From Spirochaetia bacterium (GTDB lineage: Bacteria; Spirochaetota; Spirochaetia; DSM-16054; Sediminispirochaetaceae), in assembly GCA_034520965.1 (NCBI GenBank), contig JAXHMY010000001.1, forward strand, positions 640,001 through 704,000: DNA of 64,000 nucleotides, read 5' to 3'. Of this stretch, positions 41,456 to 51,024 are shown piece after piece. The notes beneath the pieces were generated by a model. The model had not been told where the DNA came from and ran no database searches. It was given only the letters and a program-made list of their open reading frames with translations. The translations under genes were made by a program, and so were the position numbers. Positions within the stretch are counted from its first letter, which is position 1; the number at the start of each line of letters is the position of its first letter.

Positions 41456-44029
41456 CTATTCAACCAGCACTTTCAGCTGCGCCGGCTCCAACTGGTGAAA
41501 GTTAAGGTAGCGGTACACCTGCTGCTGCTTCGCCTTATCCAGCTTTTTCGCCACAATAGTATGGTACTCCTCGCTGCTGGGTATACGGCCGAGGATAGCA
41601 GTTACCGCCGCCAGCTCCGCGCTCCCCAGATATACCTGGGCCCCCTTTCCCATCCGATTATTAAAGTTCCGGGTACTGGTAGAAAACACGGTCGCCTGGT
41701 CCCGTACCCTCGCCTGGTTGCCCATGCACAAACTGCAGCCGGGAACCTCAGTGCGAGCCCCGGCCTGGCCGAAGACCGAATAGTAGCCCTCTTCAATCAG
41801 TTTGCGCTCGTCCATCTTGGTCGGAGGAGTTACCCACAGCCGGGCAGGCACCTGCCCCTCCCTTTTTAACACCTCACCGAGAGCCCGGAACAGCCCGATA
41901 TTTGTCATGCAGCTGCCGACAAATACCTCGTCGATTACATGCAGGCGGCCGGGATCGGCTAAGACTTCGGTAAGAGTAGCAACATCGTCGGGGTCGTTGG
42001 GACAGGCGACAATCGGTTCGGTGATTTCATTCATGTCTATTTCAATTTCTTCAACATACTCGGCGTCGCTGTCGGCCTGCAGCAGCTCAGGCTTCGCGAG
42101 CCAGGCCTGCATCTTCTCCTTGCGCCGCAGAAGGGTATGCACGTCCTCATACCCCTCTGCAATCAACTGCTCGATCAGGGCAATGTTAGATTCAAGATAC
42201 TCTGCAATAGGCTCAGGATTAAGCTTCACAGTGCAGGCGGCGGCGGACCTTTCAGCGGAGGAGTCGCTCAATTCAAAGGCCTGCTCCACTTTAAGATCTT
42301 CCAAGCCCTCAATTTCTATAATCCGACCGGCAAAGACATTCTTCTTGCTGCTCTTCTCCACAGTAAGTAAGTCCTGCTTAATCGCCACATAGGGAATTGC
42401 ATTTACTAAATCCCGCAGGGTGATGCCCGGCTGCATTTCGCCTTTGAAGCTCACCTTTACCGATTCGGGCATATTTAGCGGCATACTCCCGGCTACAGAG
42501 GCAAAGGCTACCAACCCGCTGCCGGCCGGAAAGGATATGCCCAAGGGTAGACGGGTGTGCGAATCGCCGCCAGTGCCGACGGTGTCGGGCAGACACAGAC
42601 GGTTGAGCCAGGAGTGGATCACACCGTCCCGGGGCTTGAGGCTAAGCCCTTGGCGACTGGTGAAAAACTCGGGCAATGTATTGTGCAGCTGCGCATCCGA
42701 GGGTTTGGGATACGCGGCGGTGTGGCAGAAGCTCTGCATTACTAGGTCCGCCCCGAAATTGAGTGCGGCCAACTCGCGGATTTCGTCCCGGGTCATTGGA
42801 CCGGTGGTATCCTGGCTGCCAACGGTGGCGGTTTCCGGTTCGACATACATTCCCGGCCTCACACCCGGCAAGTTACAGGCCCGACCGACTATTCTCTGGG
42901 CCAGGGTATAGCCCTTGCCGGTATCTTCCGGCTGAATCGGTTTGGTAAAAAACGTCTCTTCCCCAAGGCCCAAGGTGTGACGGGCCTTGTTGGTTAAGTT
43001 GCGTCCAATTATTAGGGGGATCCGGCCACATGCCCGCACCTCATCACTGAGGGTGGTGGGAGTCAACCGGAACTCGCTTACAAGTGCCCCCTCTTTTAAT
43101 ATTTTTCCCTCGTAGGGTTTGATGGTAATTATGTCGCCGGTCTCGAGCTGGTCTACATTAGCCTGAATGGGCAGTGCCCCGCTGTCTTCGGCGGTATTAA
43201 AAAAGATTGGAGCAATAGTGCTGCCGATAACCACCCCACCGCTCTTTTTGTTGGGAACACCGGGAATCGGATGACCGATGTGCCACTGCAGCGAGTTGAT
43301 GCCCGACTTGCGGCTCGAGCCGGTCCCCACTACATCGCCTACATAGACAAGGGGATAGCCCTTCTGCTTGAGACGGTGAATAGTCTCCAGGGGCTGCTCC
43401 ATTTTTCCTGCCAGCATCGAGTTGGCGTGCAGGGGGATATCGCTGCGGGTAAAGGCCTCGGAGGCGGGGCTTAAATCGTCGGTATTTGTCTCGCCGGGGA
43501 CCTTAAACACTGTAACCGTGAGCTCCTCAGGCAGAGGAGCCCTATTGTTAAACCAGTCGGCCTTCGCCCAGGAGTCGATTACCCCCTTTGCATACCGGTT
43601 GCCCCGGTCCATTAAGTACTTCACATCCTGATAGTAATCGTACACCAACAGGATGTTTTTAAGCTGCTCCGTCGCTGCCTCAGCCACTGCAGTATCACTG
43701 TGTGTGAGAGCATCAATTAAAGGGGCAACGTTATACCCACCGAGCATAGTGCCTAGAATCCGCACCGCCTTCAATTCTGAAATTGCCGGGGAAGCGCTTT
43801 TCCCCCTGATTATATCCTTCAAAAAGGCAGCTTTTACATAGGCGGCATCGTCAACTCCAGGGCTGATATGGTTCTCAAACAGATCCATCACGTAATCGAT
43901 TTCGGGAACGGGGTTTTGCTTTAAAAGTTCTACCACCTCGCCGGTCTGCGCAGCGCTAAGCGGCAGGGGCGGAACAGCAAGAACTCCTCTCTCGCGGGTA
44001 TGGATTTTATAGTTTTCAATTACAGTCAT
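41456..44029 (-). CDS. acnB: Aconitate hydratase B / 2-methylisocitrate dehydratase
   Basis: [54 protein letters not shown]. Confidence 0.97.
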   Translation of the reverse strand: MTVIENYKIHTRERGVLAVPPLPLSAAQTGEVVELLKQNPVPEIDYVMDLFENHISPGVDDAAYVKAAFLKDIIRGKSASPAISELKAVRILGTMLGGYNVAPLIDALTHSDTAVAEAATEQLKNILLVYDYYQDVKYLMDRGNRYAKGVIDSWAKADWFNNRAPLPEELTVTVFKVPGETNTDDLSPASEAFTRSDIPLHANSMLAGKMEQPLETIHRLKQKGYPLVYVGDVVGTGSSRKSGINSLQWHIGHPIPGVPNKKSGGVVIGSTIAPIFFNTAEDSGALPIQANVDQLETGDIITIKPYEGKILKEGALVSEFRLTPTTLSDEVRACGRIPLIIGRNLTNKARHTLGLGEETFFTKPIQPEDTGKGYTLAQRIVGRACNLPGVRPGMYVEPETATVGSQDTTGPMTRDEIRELAALNFGADLVMQSFCHTAAYPKPSDAQLHNTLPEFFTSRQGLSLKPRDGVIHSWLNRLCLPDTVGTGGDSHTRLPLGISFPAGSGLVAFASVAGSMPLNMPESVKVSFKGEMQPGITLRDLVNAIPYVAIKQDLLTVEKSSKKNVFAGRIIEIEGLEDLKVEQAFELSDSSAERSAAACTVKLNPEPIAEYLESNIALIEQLIAEGYEDVHTLLRRKEKMQAWLAKPELLQADSDAEYVEEIEIDMNEITEPIVACPNDPDDVATLTEVLADPGRLHVIDEVFVGSCMTNIGLFRALGEVLKREGQVPARLWVTPPTKMDERKLIEEGYYSVFGQAGARTEVPGCSLCMGNQARVRDQATVFSTSTRNFNNRMGKGAQVYLGSAELAAVTAILGRIPSSEEYHTIVAKKLDKAKQQQVYRYLNFHQLEPAQLKVLVE

Positions 44030-44033
44030 GGGG

Positions 44034-44705
44034 TTACTCCTCTAAAGCCTTTGCTAACAACTGTTTTCCGTATTCAATGGAGGTTGCGTAAGAGAGGTCG
44101 GAGTTGATCGCCATTACTCCCTCCGGAGTCCTCAAGCCTTCAAGTTCGACCGGATCAAACACACCTCCTACCACTCCAATGACCTGGCCGTCGTCTACAC
44201 TTACCAGGGGCCCTCCGATATCACCGTACTGCACTCGCCGGTCGAAAATGATGAGGTTTGTGCCGCTGTGCGACCGAATGCGTCCGGAAAGCACCGATTG
44301 GGCGGCAATTACCCCATGAATACGATAATACCCAAAGGGTACTCCAAGGGACATCAGCATGGCCCCGCGGGGGTCTCCCTCCGGATCCCCCAGAATACCT
44401 TCCGGCATATTTATCTCCAGCTCCGGTTTCATCTTTAACAAGGCCACATCCCGGGCCGAATCCCGAGATACCAGTTCAACCGGCACCGGGGCAACCTCAT
44501 CGCGGCTTACCGGCATAAAGGACTCGCCCGCTAAGGGCGGAACAACGACCAAACCATCTTCTTCTGAAATGATTCGTGCGGTGCTTATTAAATAGCCCTC
44601 GGGGTGAACGAGAAAACTGCTGCCTAGAAAGTTCACCTCTCCCCCCGACTGGCGCATTACCATCATGCAGCTTCCCTGAAACCGCTGACTCACTGTCTCT
44701 AACAT
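44034..44705 (-). CDS. Trypsin-like fold protein lacking catalytic His and Ser
   Basis: [34 protein letters not shown]. Confidence 0.75.
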   Translation of the reverse strand: MLETVSQRFQGSCMMVMRQSGGEVNFLGSSFLVHPEGYLISTARIISEEDGLVVVPPLAGESFMPVSRDEVAPVPVELVSRDSARDVALLKMKPELEINMPEGILGDPEGDPRGAMLMSLGVPFGYYRIHGVIAAQSVLSGRIRSHSGTNLIIFDRRVQYGDIGGPLVSVDDGQVIGVVGGVFDPVELEGLRTPEGVMAINSDLSYATSIEYGKQLLAKALEE

Positions 44706-44725
44706 TGCATGCTCCCTTTTGTTAA

Positions 44726-45712
44726 TTATTCAAGGCCTTGCACCCAGTCGTCTACCATCTCTGAATGCACCTCAATCCAGCGCAGCGCCTGAGCATATGC
44801 ATTATCCTGCTCATCCTCATGAATCCAGCGCATCAAGCGTTCAAGATCTGTAGGCTGATAAGAAATGCGTTGTAAAACTTTATACGCAAGCGGCTCTTCA
44901 TCTTTGAAATTTTTTCGAACCATAGTGTGAATAGATTCCTCGGCGCCAAAGACATTTTCCGGGTCATCCAGAAACCGCAGATTGTACAGCTCAAACACCC
45001 AATGGGGCTTCCAGCCGGTAAAAACAATCCATTCGCCGTCCTGTACCGCCCTGGATAGGCGGCTCAGCATTCGCTCTTCGTCCGAGCTTACTAGGTGGTA
45101 TTCTGCCTCCAATTCGTAGACGTATAGGGCCTCCCGGGTTCTGGCAACCACACCTGCTCCGGATTCAATACCAATAATGCGGCCATCAAACTTATCGACA
45201 GATTCAGCCAGTTCGGAAATAGACCGGATAGTCACTAATTCACGCCCGGTCTTGCCGCTGTCGCCGGTCTGCCGTCCGGGTTTTACCGTGGGCACCACCA
45301 GTCCTATGCGGGCTCCCACCAGATTGGCTCCAAGATCTTCCAGCTGTTCCCGGTATTGGGCATAGTAGCCGCTATGGGTTGTCGGCAGCCAGGCACCGGT
45401 GAGTATATCCGCCTCGCCCTCGGCTACTCGCCGCCACATCTCCTCTATTTTCACAGGAACCAACTGCACCCGGTAGCCTAGTCGCTCCTGCAACACCGCC
45501 TGCATCAAATGGGCACTCGCGATTTCGGATGACCACTCAGGATATACCAGCCGGAGGGTTATGTCGGACCGCGCCCTTCGCCGGGCTTCTGTCTCGGTAT
45601 CCTTCTCGGCCTCCTCCGGCGCACAGCCGGATACAAGGATAAGCACCACGCCGGCCACTAAAATTAGAAAAAACTTTAGAGAAGTTTTTTTTCGCCCTCC
45701 CCGCTTTCTCAT
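44726..45712 (-). CDS. Glycine betaine-binding lipoprotein (OpuAC-like)
   Basis: Lipobox VSGC; W.SEIAS, AWLPTTH, GIESGAG, GWKPHW. Confidence 0.9.
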   Translation of the reverse strand: MRKRGGRKKTSLKFFLILVAGVVLILVSGCAPEEAEKDTETEARRRARSDITLRLVYPEWSSEIASAHLMQAVLQERLGYRVQLVPVKIEEMWRRVAEGEADILTGAWLPTTHSGYYAQYREQLEDLGANLVGARIGLVVPTVKPGRQTGDSGKTGRELVTIRSISELAESVDKFDGRIIGIESGAGVVARTREALYVYELEAEYHLVSSDEERMLSRLSRAVQDGEWIVFTGWKPHWVFELYNLRFLDDPENVFGAEESIHTMVRKNFKDEEPLAYKVLQRISYQPTDLERLMRWIHEDEQDNAYAQALRWIEVHSEMVDDWVQGLE

Positions 45713-45776
45713 TTCCGGCCTCCTTCATTATCCTGTTTGTTATCCTTTTGTTTTTTTTCTTGTTTAGGCTTTTTCC

Positions 45777-47471
45777 CTACGAACAGCCGCTGTATTGTTC
45801 TTTACCTCCCTTTGCAGTCCCGGCTCCGGAGGCGGCTCCGCGTGGAGGTTTCTGTTTTCCAAGCCAACTCACATGACCGTGAACCAGCTCCGGCTCCGGG
45901 TGGCTGGAGACAGTCTTGAACACGTGGCCGTGCTCATACGGAGGCAGGGAGAAGCCCGGCCCCTCGGTGTAATTTGCCAGTCCCTTCCGTAAACTGTAAA
46001 TCATAAAGAGCAGCACAAAGGCAAAGGGCAAGCCCGTAGTAATGGCCGCCGTCTGCAGAGCCACCAGTCCACCCCCCAGCAAAAGTGCAGCCGCCACCGC
46101 TCCCTCAAGCAGGGCCCAAAACAGGCGCTGCAGCATCGGCGGGTCGGGATTTCCTCCGGCGGTGATAATATCTATAACCATGGAACCGGAGTCGGAGGAT
46201 GTGACAAAGAAAGTGATAATTACCAACACCGTCAGACCCGAGGTTACCGAGTTAAAGGGAAAATTCTGCAAGAGCTCAAATAGGGCAACCGGAATGTTCT
46301 CCTGCACTGCCCTGGCAATTCCACCTCCGCCGAACATCTCCACATTCAGGGCGCTGTTACCAAAAATTGTCAACCAGGCAAAGGTAATAAGGGTAGGCAC
46401 AAAGAGTACACCTAAAATAAAATCCCTGATAGTCCGGCCGTAGGAGACCCGGGCGATAAACATACCCACAAAGGGTGACCACGCGATCCACCAGCCCCAA
46501 TAGAATACTGTCCAGCTGTGCTGCCAGTTGCTGCCCTCATAGGTCTCGTTCCAGGTTGACAGTACCGGCAGATACTGGATGTAGTGTCCAAGGTTCTCAC
46601 CAAAGGCCTTAAATATAAACAGGGTGGGTCCCACAATCAGTACAAACAGACACAACAGCCCCGCCAGGACCAGGTTTATCTCAGAAAGCCGTCGGATACC
46701 GGCACTTAAACCCGCCAGTACCGACCAGGTTGCCAGCATAGTTATACCGGCAATCAATATCACCTGGATCATTGGGCTCTGGCCGATACCGAACAGGTGG
46801 TCCAGCCCCGCATTTACCTGCTGCACGCCGAGTCCTAGGGAAGTTGCCACTCCAAACAGTGTGGCAACGGTTGCCAGGATATCAATGATATTACCCGCAG
46901 CACCGTGTATTCTTTCACCCAAAACCGGGTAGAATACCGATCGAATTGAAAGGGGAAGCCCCTTGTTAAAGGCAAAAAATGCCAGGGACAGACCGACCAT
47001 GCTATACACCGCCCACGGATGAAAACCCCAGTGCAGGAAAGTAAGGTCCATAGCTGACCTGGCCGCCTCGGCACTACCCGGCTCGGTTAAGGGATAGCTG
47101 ACAAAATGAAACATCGGCTCGGCGACACTGTAAAACAGCAGTCCGATTCCCATTCCGGCGCTGAAGAGCATCGCAAACCATCCAAGTGTCGAAAATTCTG
47201 GTTTTGCATCGGAACCTCCCAGCCGGATATCGCCATGACGGCTGACCATCAAGACCAGCACAAACACCAGTATGATGTTCATAGTCATTATGAACAGCCA
47301 GCCTGCACCGGTAGCTATCCCTGTCTGGATAGTCGCAAAAAGGTCCCCCACTTTAGACTGAAATGCAATGGCAAGGGCTACCGACCCAATAATAATGGCG
47401 GCGGAGGTAAAAAAGACCCACGGGTGAATGTCGATGGCTAACCAGCCTCGCTTCTCTTCATTGTTCTCCAT
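45777..47471 (-). CDS. BCCT family betaine/carnitine/choline transporter
   Basis: WFAMLFSAGMGIGLLF, HWGFHPW, WTVFYWGWWIAWSPFVGMFIARVS, FFVTSSDSG. Confidence 0.95.
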   Translation of the reverse strand: MENNEEKRGWLAIDIHPWVFFTSAAIIIGSVALAIAFQSKVGDLFATIQTGIATGAGWLFIMTMNIILVFVLVLMVSRHGDIRLGGSDAKPEFSTLGWFAMLFSAGMGIGLLFYSVAEPMFHFVSYPLTEPGSAEAARSAMDLTFLHWGFHPWAVYSMVGLSLAFFAFNKGLPLSIRSVFYPVLGERIHGAAGNIIDILATVATLFGVATSLGLGVQQVNAGLDHLFGIGQSPMIQVILIAGITMLATWSVLAGLSAGIRRLSEINLVLAGLLCLFVLIVGPTLFIFKAFGENLGHYIQYLPVLSTWNETYEGSNWQHSWTVFYWGWWIAWSPFVGMFIARVSYGRTIRDFILGVLFVPTLITFAWLTIFGNSALNVEMFGGGGIARAVQENIPVALFELLQNFPFNSVTSGLTVLVIITFFVTSSDSGSMVIDIITAGGNPDPPMLQRLFWALLEGAVAAALLLGGGLVALQTAAITTGLPFAFVLLFMIYSLRKGLANYTEGPGFSLPPYEHGHVFKTVSSHPEPELVHGHVSWLGKQKPPRGAASGAGTAKGGKEQYSGCS

Positions 47472-47636
47472 ATATGCTCCTGAGTAAGGGGTAACTTTAA
47501 GCATAAGAGCTTCCGCATGGACCGTCAATCCGGTTTTCTCCTGATTCAGTATTCTCTACTTACTAAAGATTGTGCCCCATACTCCCGCGCAGCTATGATA
47601 GACTAACCGTGGGATACTTCCCAAAAGGAGTTGCAG

Positions 47637-48401
47637 ATGGAATCACAGCTAAAAAGCAGACTTACATCAGGACACACAGTTATTGGAAGCTTTGTCACCA
47701 TCGGGAGCGCAGATACGACGGAAATTCTGGCACTTGCGGGGTTCGATTTTTTGGTCATCGATACTGAACACGGAGCAATGTCGATTGAAACAGCGACCCA
47801 CCTAATCCGGGCGGCCGATGTACATAACGTTCCCTCAATTGTCAGGGTGACGGAACCCTCGGATTCCACCATTTTGCGTTCCCTGGATATCGGAGCGGCC
47901 GGGGTACAGGTGCCCCAGGTTAACTCAGCTGAGTTAGCAGACAGCATCGCAAAAGCCGCTCATTACCACCCCGAGGGCCACCGCGGGCTAGCCATGCCCC
48001 GGGCCGCCGCCTATGGTTCAATGCCTATCGACCACTATTTTTCTAAAAGCCGGGAGGAGACCCTGGTGACAGCACAAATAGAAAGTGCAGATGGGCTGGC
48101 TCAGCTGGATGAAATAGCCGCCGTGCCCGGGATAGATGTAATCTTTTTAGGACCCTTCGATCTGTCCCACTCCCTGGGGATTCCGGGGCAAGTTGAAGAC
48201 CCTCGCATTAAGGATGCCGAAGGCCGAATTGTAGAAGTCTGTAAAGCCCACGGAAAGGCCGCCGGCATATTTGTAGTCAACGGCGAGGCGGCACAAGAGC
48301 GGGCACGGCAAGGGTTTCGTTACATTACCATCGCAATGGAGGCAATGTTCCTCTCTACCGCTGCCGCTCAGGCTTTAAAAACTGCTAAATCCGGATTATA
48401 A
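47637..48401 (+). CDS. HpcH/HpaI family aldolase
   Basis: GFDFLVIDTEHG, LDIGA.G..VP, QIES, GPFDLS. Confidence 0.9.
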   Translation: MESQLKSRLTSGHTVIGSFVTIGSADTTEILALAGFDFLVIDTEHGAMSIETATHLIRAADVHNVPSIVRVTEPSDSTILRSLDIGAAGVQVPQVNSAELADSIAKAAHYHPEGHRGLAMPRAAAYGSMPIDHYFSKSREETLVTAQIESADGLAQLDEIAAVPGIDVIFLGPFDLSHSLGIPGQVEDPRIKDAEGRIVEVCKAHGKAAGIFVVNGEAAQERARQGFRYITIAMEAMFLSTAAAQALKTAKSGL

Positions 48402-48516
48402 CTCAGCCCTGACCATGGGTATGTTCAATTTGCCCACCACTCAAGAGGGGGCTGGATCCGGTTTTCTCTACGATGACGCCGGACGACGGCAGCTGCGCAT
48501 CGGCAACCGCCGCCTA

Positions 48517-48545
48517 TTGACATTTAAGTAAACACTGTTTACTAT
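48517..48545 (+). promoter_or_regulatory. sigma70 promoter overlapped by a palindromic operator
   Basis: TTGACA-17 bp-TACTAT; AGTAAACA-C-TGTTTACT at 48527-48543. Confidence 0.75.
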
Positions 48546-48555
48546 AAATACAGTT

Positions 48556-49167
48556 ATGAGCATAGAAGAGAGAAAACAAAGGGAAAAGGCGGCCCTGCAG
48601 CACAAAATCATTCAGGCAGCTTCGGAATTGATCGCCGCAAGGGGACACGAGAACGTGAGTATCCGCCAAATAGCTGAGGCTGTTGAGTACTCCCCACGCA
48701 CTATTTACCTCTATTTCCAGGACAAGGAGCACCTTCTGCAGGAGGTTGTCGAAGCAGGATTCAAAAGAACTTTGGAGATGCGCTCCAGGGAGCCCGTACA
48801 CGTGCCCAAATCTCCCTCCGCCTTGATTCGGCAGCGCCTAGAGGCCCATATTACCTCAGCCCTCACCCATCCAAACTTCTACCGGGCGGTGGTTACACTG
48901 ATTTTTGATAAGGGGTATAGTCCAGGGCCGGCCCAGCAAAAAATTATCGACCAGACCAAAGCCGATATTGCCCGCTGCCTGCCGCAGGAGAGTGTCACAG
49001 ATGCAGAAATCGAAAACTACAGCAGAATAGTCTTTGCCGCAGCCCGGGGCTTTGCACTTTCACTGTTGACAATCAACGACACCCTCAGCGACGGAGAACG
49101 GAGGGAGCTTATCACCCACTTTATAAACTTTATTGAACAGGGATTACAAATCCAGGAGGACACATGA
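48556..49167 (+). CDS. TetR/AcrR family regulator
   Basis: SIRQIAEAVEYSPRTIYLYFQDK HTH. Confidence 0.93.
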   Translation: MSIEERKQREKAALQHKIIQAASELIAARGHENVSIRQIAEAVEYSPRTIYLYFQDKEHLLQEVVEAGFKRTLEMRSREPVHVPKSPSALIRQRLEAHITSALTHPNFYRAVVTLIFDKGYSPGPAQQKIIDQTKADIARCLPQESVTDAEIENYSRIVFAAARGFALSLLTINDTLSDGERRELITHFINFIEQGLQIQEDT

Positions 49168-49638
49168 AAACACTAATTGTGTATGCCGGACGAAACGGCA
49201 GTACCCAAAAAACGGCAGAACGGATAGCCGGGCAAATAGGCGCTGAAGCGGAGCTGGTGAATTTGCAAAAACAACCGGCCCCGGAATTGACAGAGTACGA
49301 CAATGTCATTTTGGGCGGCTCTATTCTGGCCGGCTCGGTACCCAAAACGCTACAAAAATTTATTGCACAGCAAAGAGAAGACGCTGCTTTCCAAGAGAGT
49401 AAGTATTTTCCTCTGCTGCCTAATGGAAGAGCAGATCGACCAGTACTTTAGCCGCAACTTTCCAGAACCCCTCTATTCGCACGCTGACCAGAAAATATGG
49501 GTAGGGGGAGAGCTTGTGCTGGGGGATCATAATTTTATCGTCAGAAAGATGCTGAAAAAGATTACCGGCACAAGTGAAGATATCCACAGCCTTGACTGGA
49601 GAGCGGCCGACCAACTGGCTGCAGCTGCAAAAGAATAG
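49164..49638 (+). CDS. Flavodoxin-domain (HemG-like) protein, frameshift near 49375
   Basis: LIVYAGRNGSTQK, YDNVILGGSI; second frame IFLCCL...GGEL. Confidence 0.8.
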
Positions 49639-49648
49639 GAGCGAAGAA

Positions 49649-50031
49649 ATGAAGTTAAGAATAGCCCTTCTACTGAGCATCAGCCTAGTTGCCATGTCCC
49701 TGCTGGGCGGCTGCAGTGCCATGTCAAAAATGGACGAAACTAAATCCCTTACTATCACTACACCTAATTATAAGGAGCTCCCCGACGGCACTTATCGGGG
49801 AGCCTATGACGGGGGCCTTGTGGTTGCTGAGGTGGCAGTCACCATTCATGTAAAAGTATTAAGTCGGTAGAATTAATACGCCACGACCACGGCCGGGGGG
49901 CGGAGGCTGAAAAAATTGTAGATGCTATAGTGGAGGCACAATCCCTGGAGGTGGATGTGATCAGCGGAGCGACCGTGAGCAGCAAAGCTATCTTAAAGGC
50001 TGCTGAAAACGCCCTCAAAATGGAAAATTAG
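49649..50031 (+). CDS. FMN-binding lipoprotein, frameshift near 49850
   Basis: Lipobox LGGC, DGTYRG; the shifted frame gives VDVISGATVSSKAILKAAENAL. Confidence 0.85.
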
Positions 50032-50831
50032 AGGTTTTCGGAGGTCCCGAGCTCCTGGTCGATCTCCTCAAGGCGCCGATTCAGTTTTGCTATGGTGTTC
50101 ATAATTCGCTGTTTTTCTTTGGATAAGACCTGCGCCGGATCTTCCGCCGCGGGGGAACTGCGCTTGGAGGAGAACTCCTCCCTCAGCATATCCTGACTAT
50201 AGCCGGTCTTAAGGGCTTGCAGGGCCTCCTGCTGCTCCTCTGGAGTTTTCAGTTGGGCCACCGCTTTCATACCGTCATAGCCTATCTCCGCCGGCAGCCC
50301 TGCGCTTGAAACCTGGACCATCCGTTTCATCTCACGGCGGTCGAGCTGGAGTACTCGGTCTACATAATCCTCAAAGCGGGCGCCCGACTCCTCGCACAGT
50401 TCCTGCGCCTGGTGCAGCACCTTGCCAAACTCCTGCATCAGATTTCCGTGGGGGGTTATAAAGCGCGAACGGATCTCTGCGGTCAGCTCGATAAAGCGCG
50501 GATCCTGCTCAAAGACATTCACGTACACCCCCTGCTGCTCGGCCTTATTCAACAAGCTGTGAAACAGACTCCAGAACCTGCGGGTATGGGAGCGACTGCT
50601 CTTTGGCGGAAGGGAGGAGCAGAAGTGCAGATGATGGGCATATTCATGGATGGCGGTGTAGATCAGGAGGTTATCATTCTTAAAGTTCTTATTATGCAGT
50701 ACAATTGCCCGCTCTTCCGGTTTATACAGGCCGTTTACTTTGCCACTCTCTTTACCAGAGAACACTACGGAAAAATATTCCTCGCAGGGCTCAATCTGCA
50801 GCAGGAGGGCTTTAATTTGGTCGGAGTTCAT
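50028..50831 (-). CDS. Hypothetical protein with HEXXH zinc motif and coiled-coil tail
   Basis: VNGLY, TAIHEYAHH, H...FW (SprT/WLM-like pattern). Confidence 0.72.
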   Translation of the reverse strand: MNSDQIKALLLQIEPCEEYFSVVFSGKESGKVNGLYKPEERAIVLHNKNFKNDNLLIYTAIHEYAHHLHFCSSLPPKSSRSHTRRFWSLFHSLLNKAEQQGVYVNVFEQDPRFIELTAEIRSRFITPHGNLMQEFGKVLHQAQELCEESGARFEDYVDRVLQLDRREMKRMVQVSSAGLPAEIGYDGMKAVAQLKTPEEQQEALQALKTGYSQDMLREEFSSKRSSPAAEDPAQVLSKEKQRIMNTIAKLNRRLEEIDQELGTSENL

Positions 50832-50883
50832 GGGCCTATTCTGCAGTAAAAAGGGGCTTTGAGCAAGGAAGGGAGCCGGAGAT

Positions 50884-51024
50884 CAGAAATTCTAATTTTG
50901 AAAAGTGCAATGCACTATTCAAAATTAGAATGCCTCCAACCGTTTTGAAACACCACTTTTTTCTAAGAAAATGAAGCAAATTCTAAATTTTGAAGTCGTA
51001 TGACTTCCAAATTTAGAATTGCTC
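50884..51024. mobile_element. 141-bp MITE-like element, copy 2
   Basis: Ends CAGAAATTCTAA / rc GAGCAATTCTAA. Flanks GCCGGAGAT (50875-50883) and AGCGGAGAT (51025-51033). Two imperfect long hairpins colinear with copy 1. Confidence 0.78.

Noticed and set aside
20410..51024. Hairpin repeats as a CRISPR array, tRNA or integron attC sites
   Set aside because: No regular repeat-spacer periodicity, no cas or integrase gene, no cloverleaf, and no RYYYAAC...GTTRRRY boundaries recognised.
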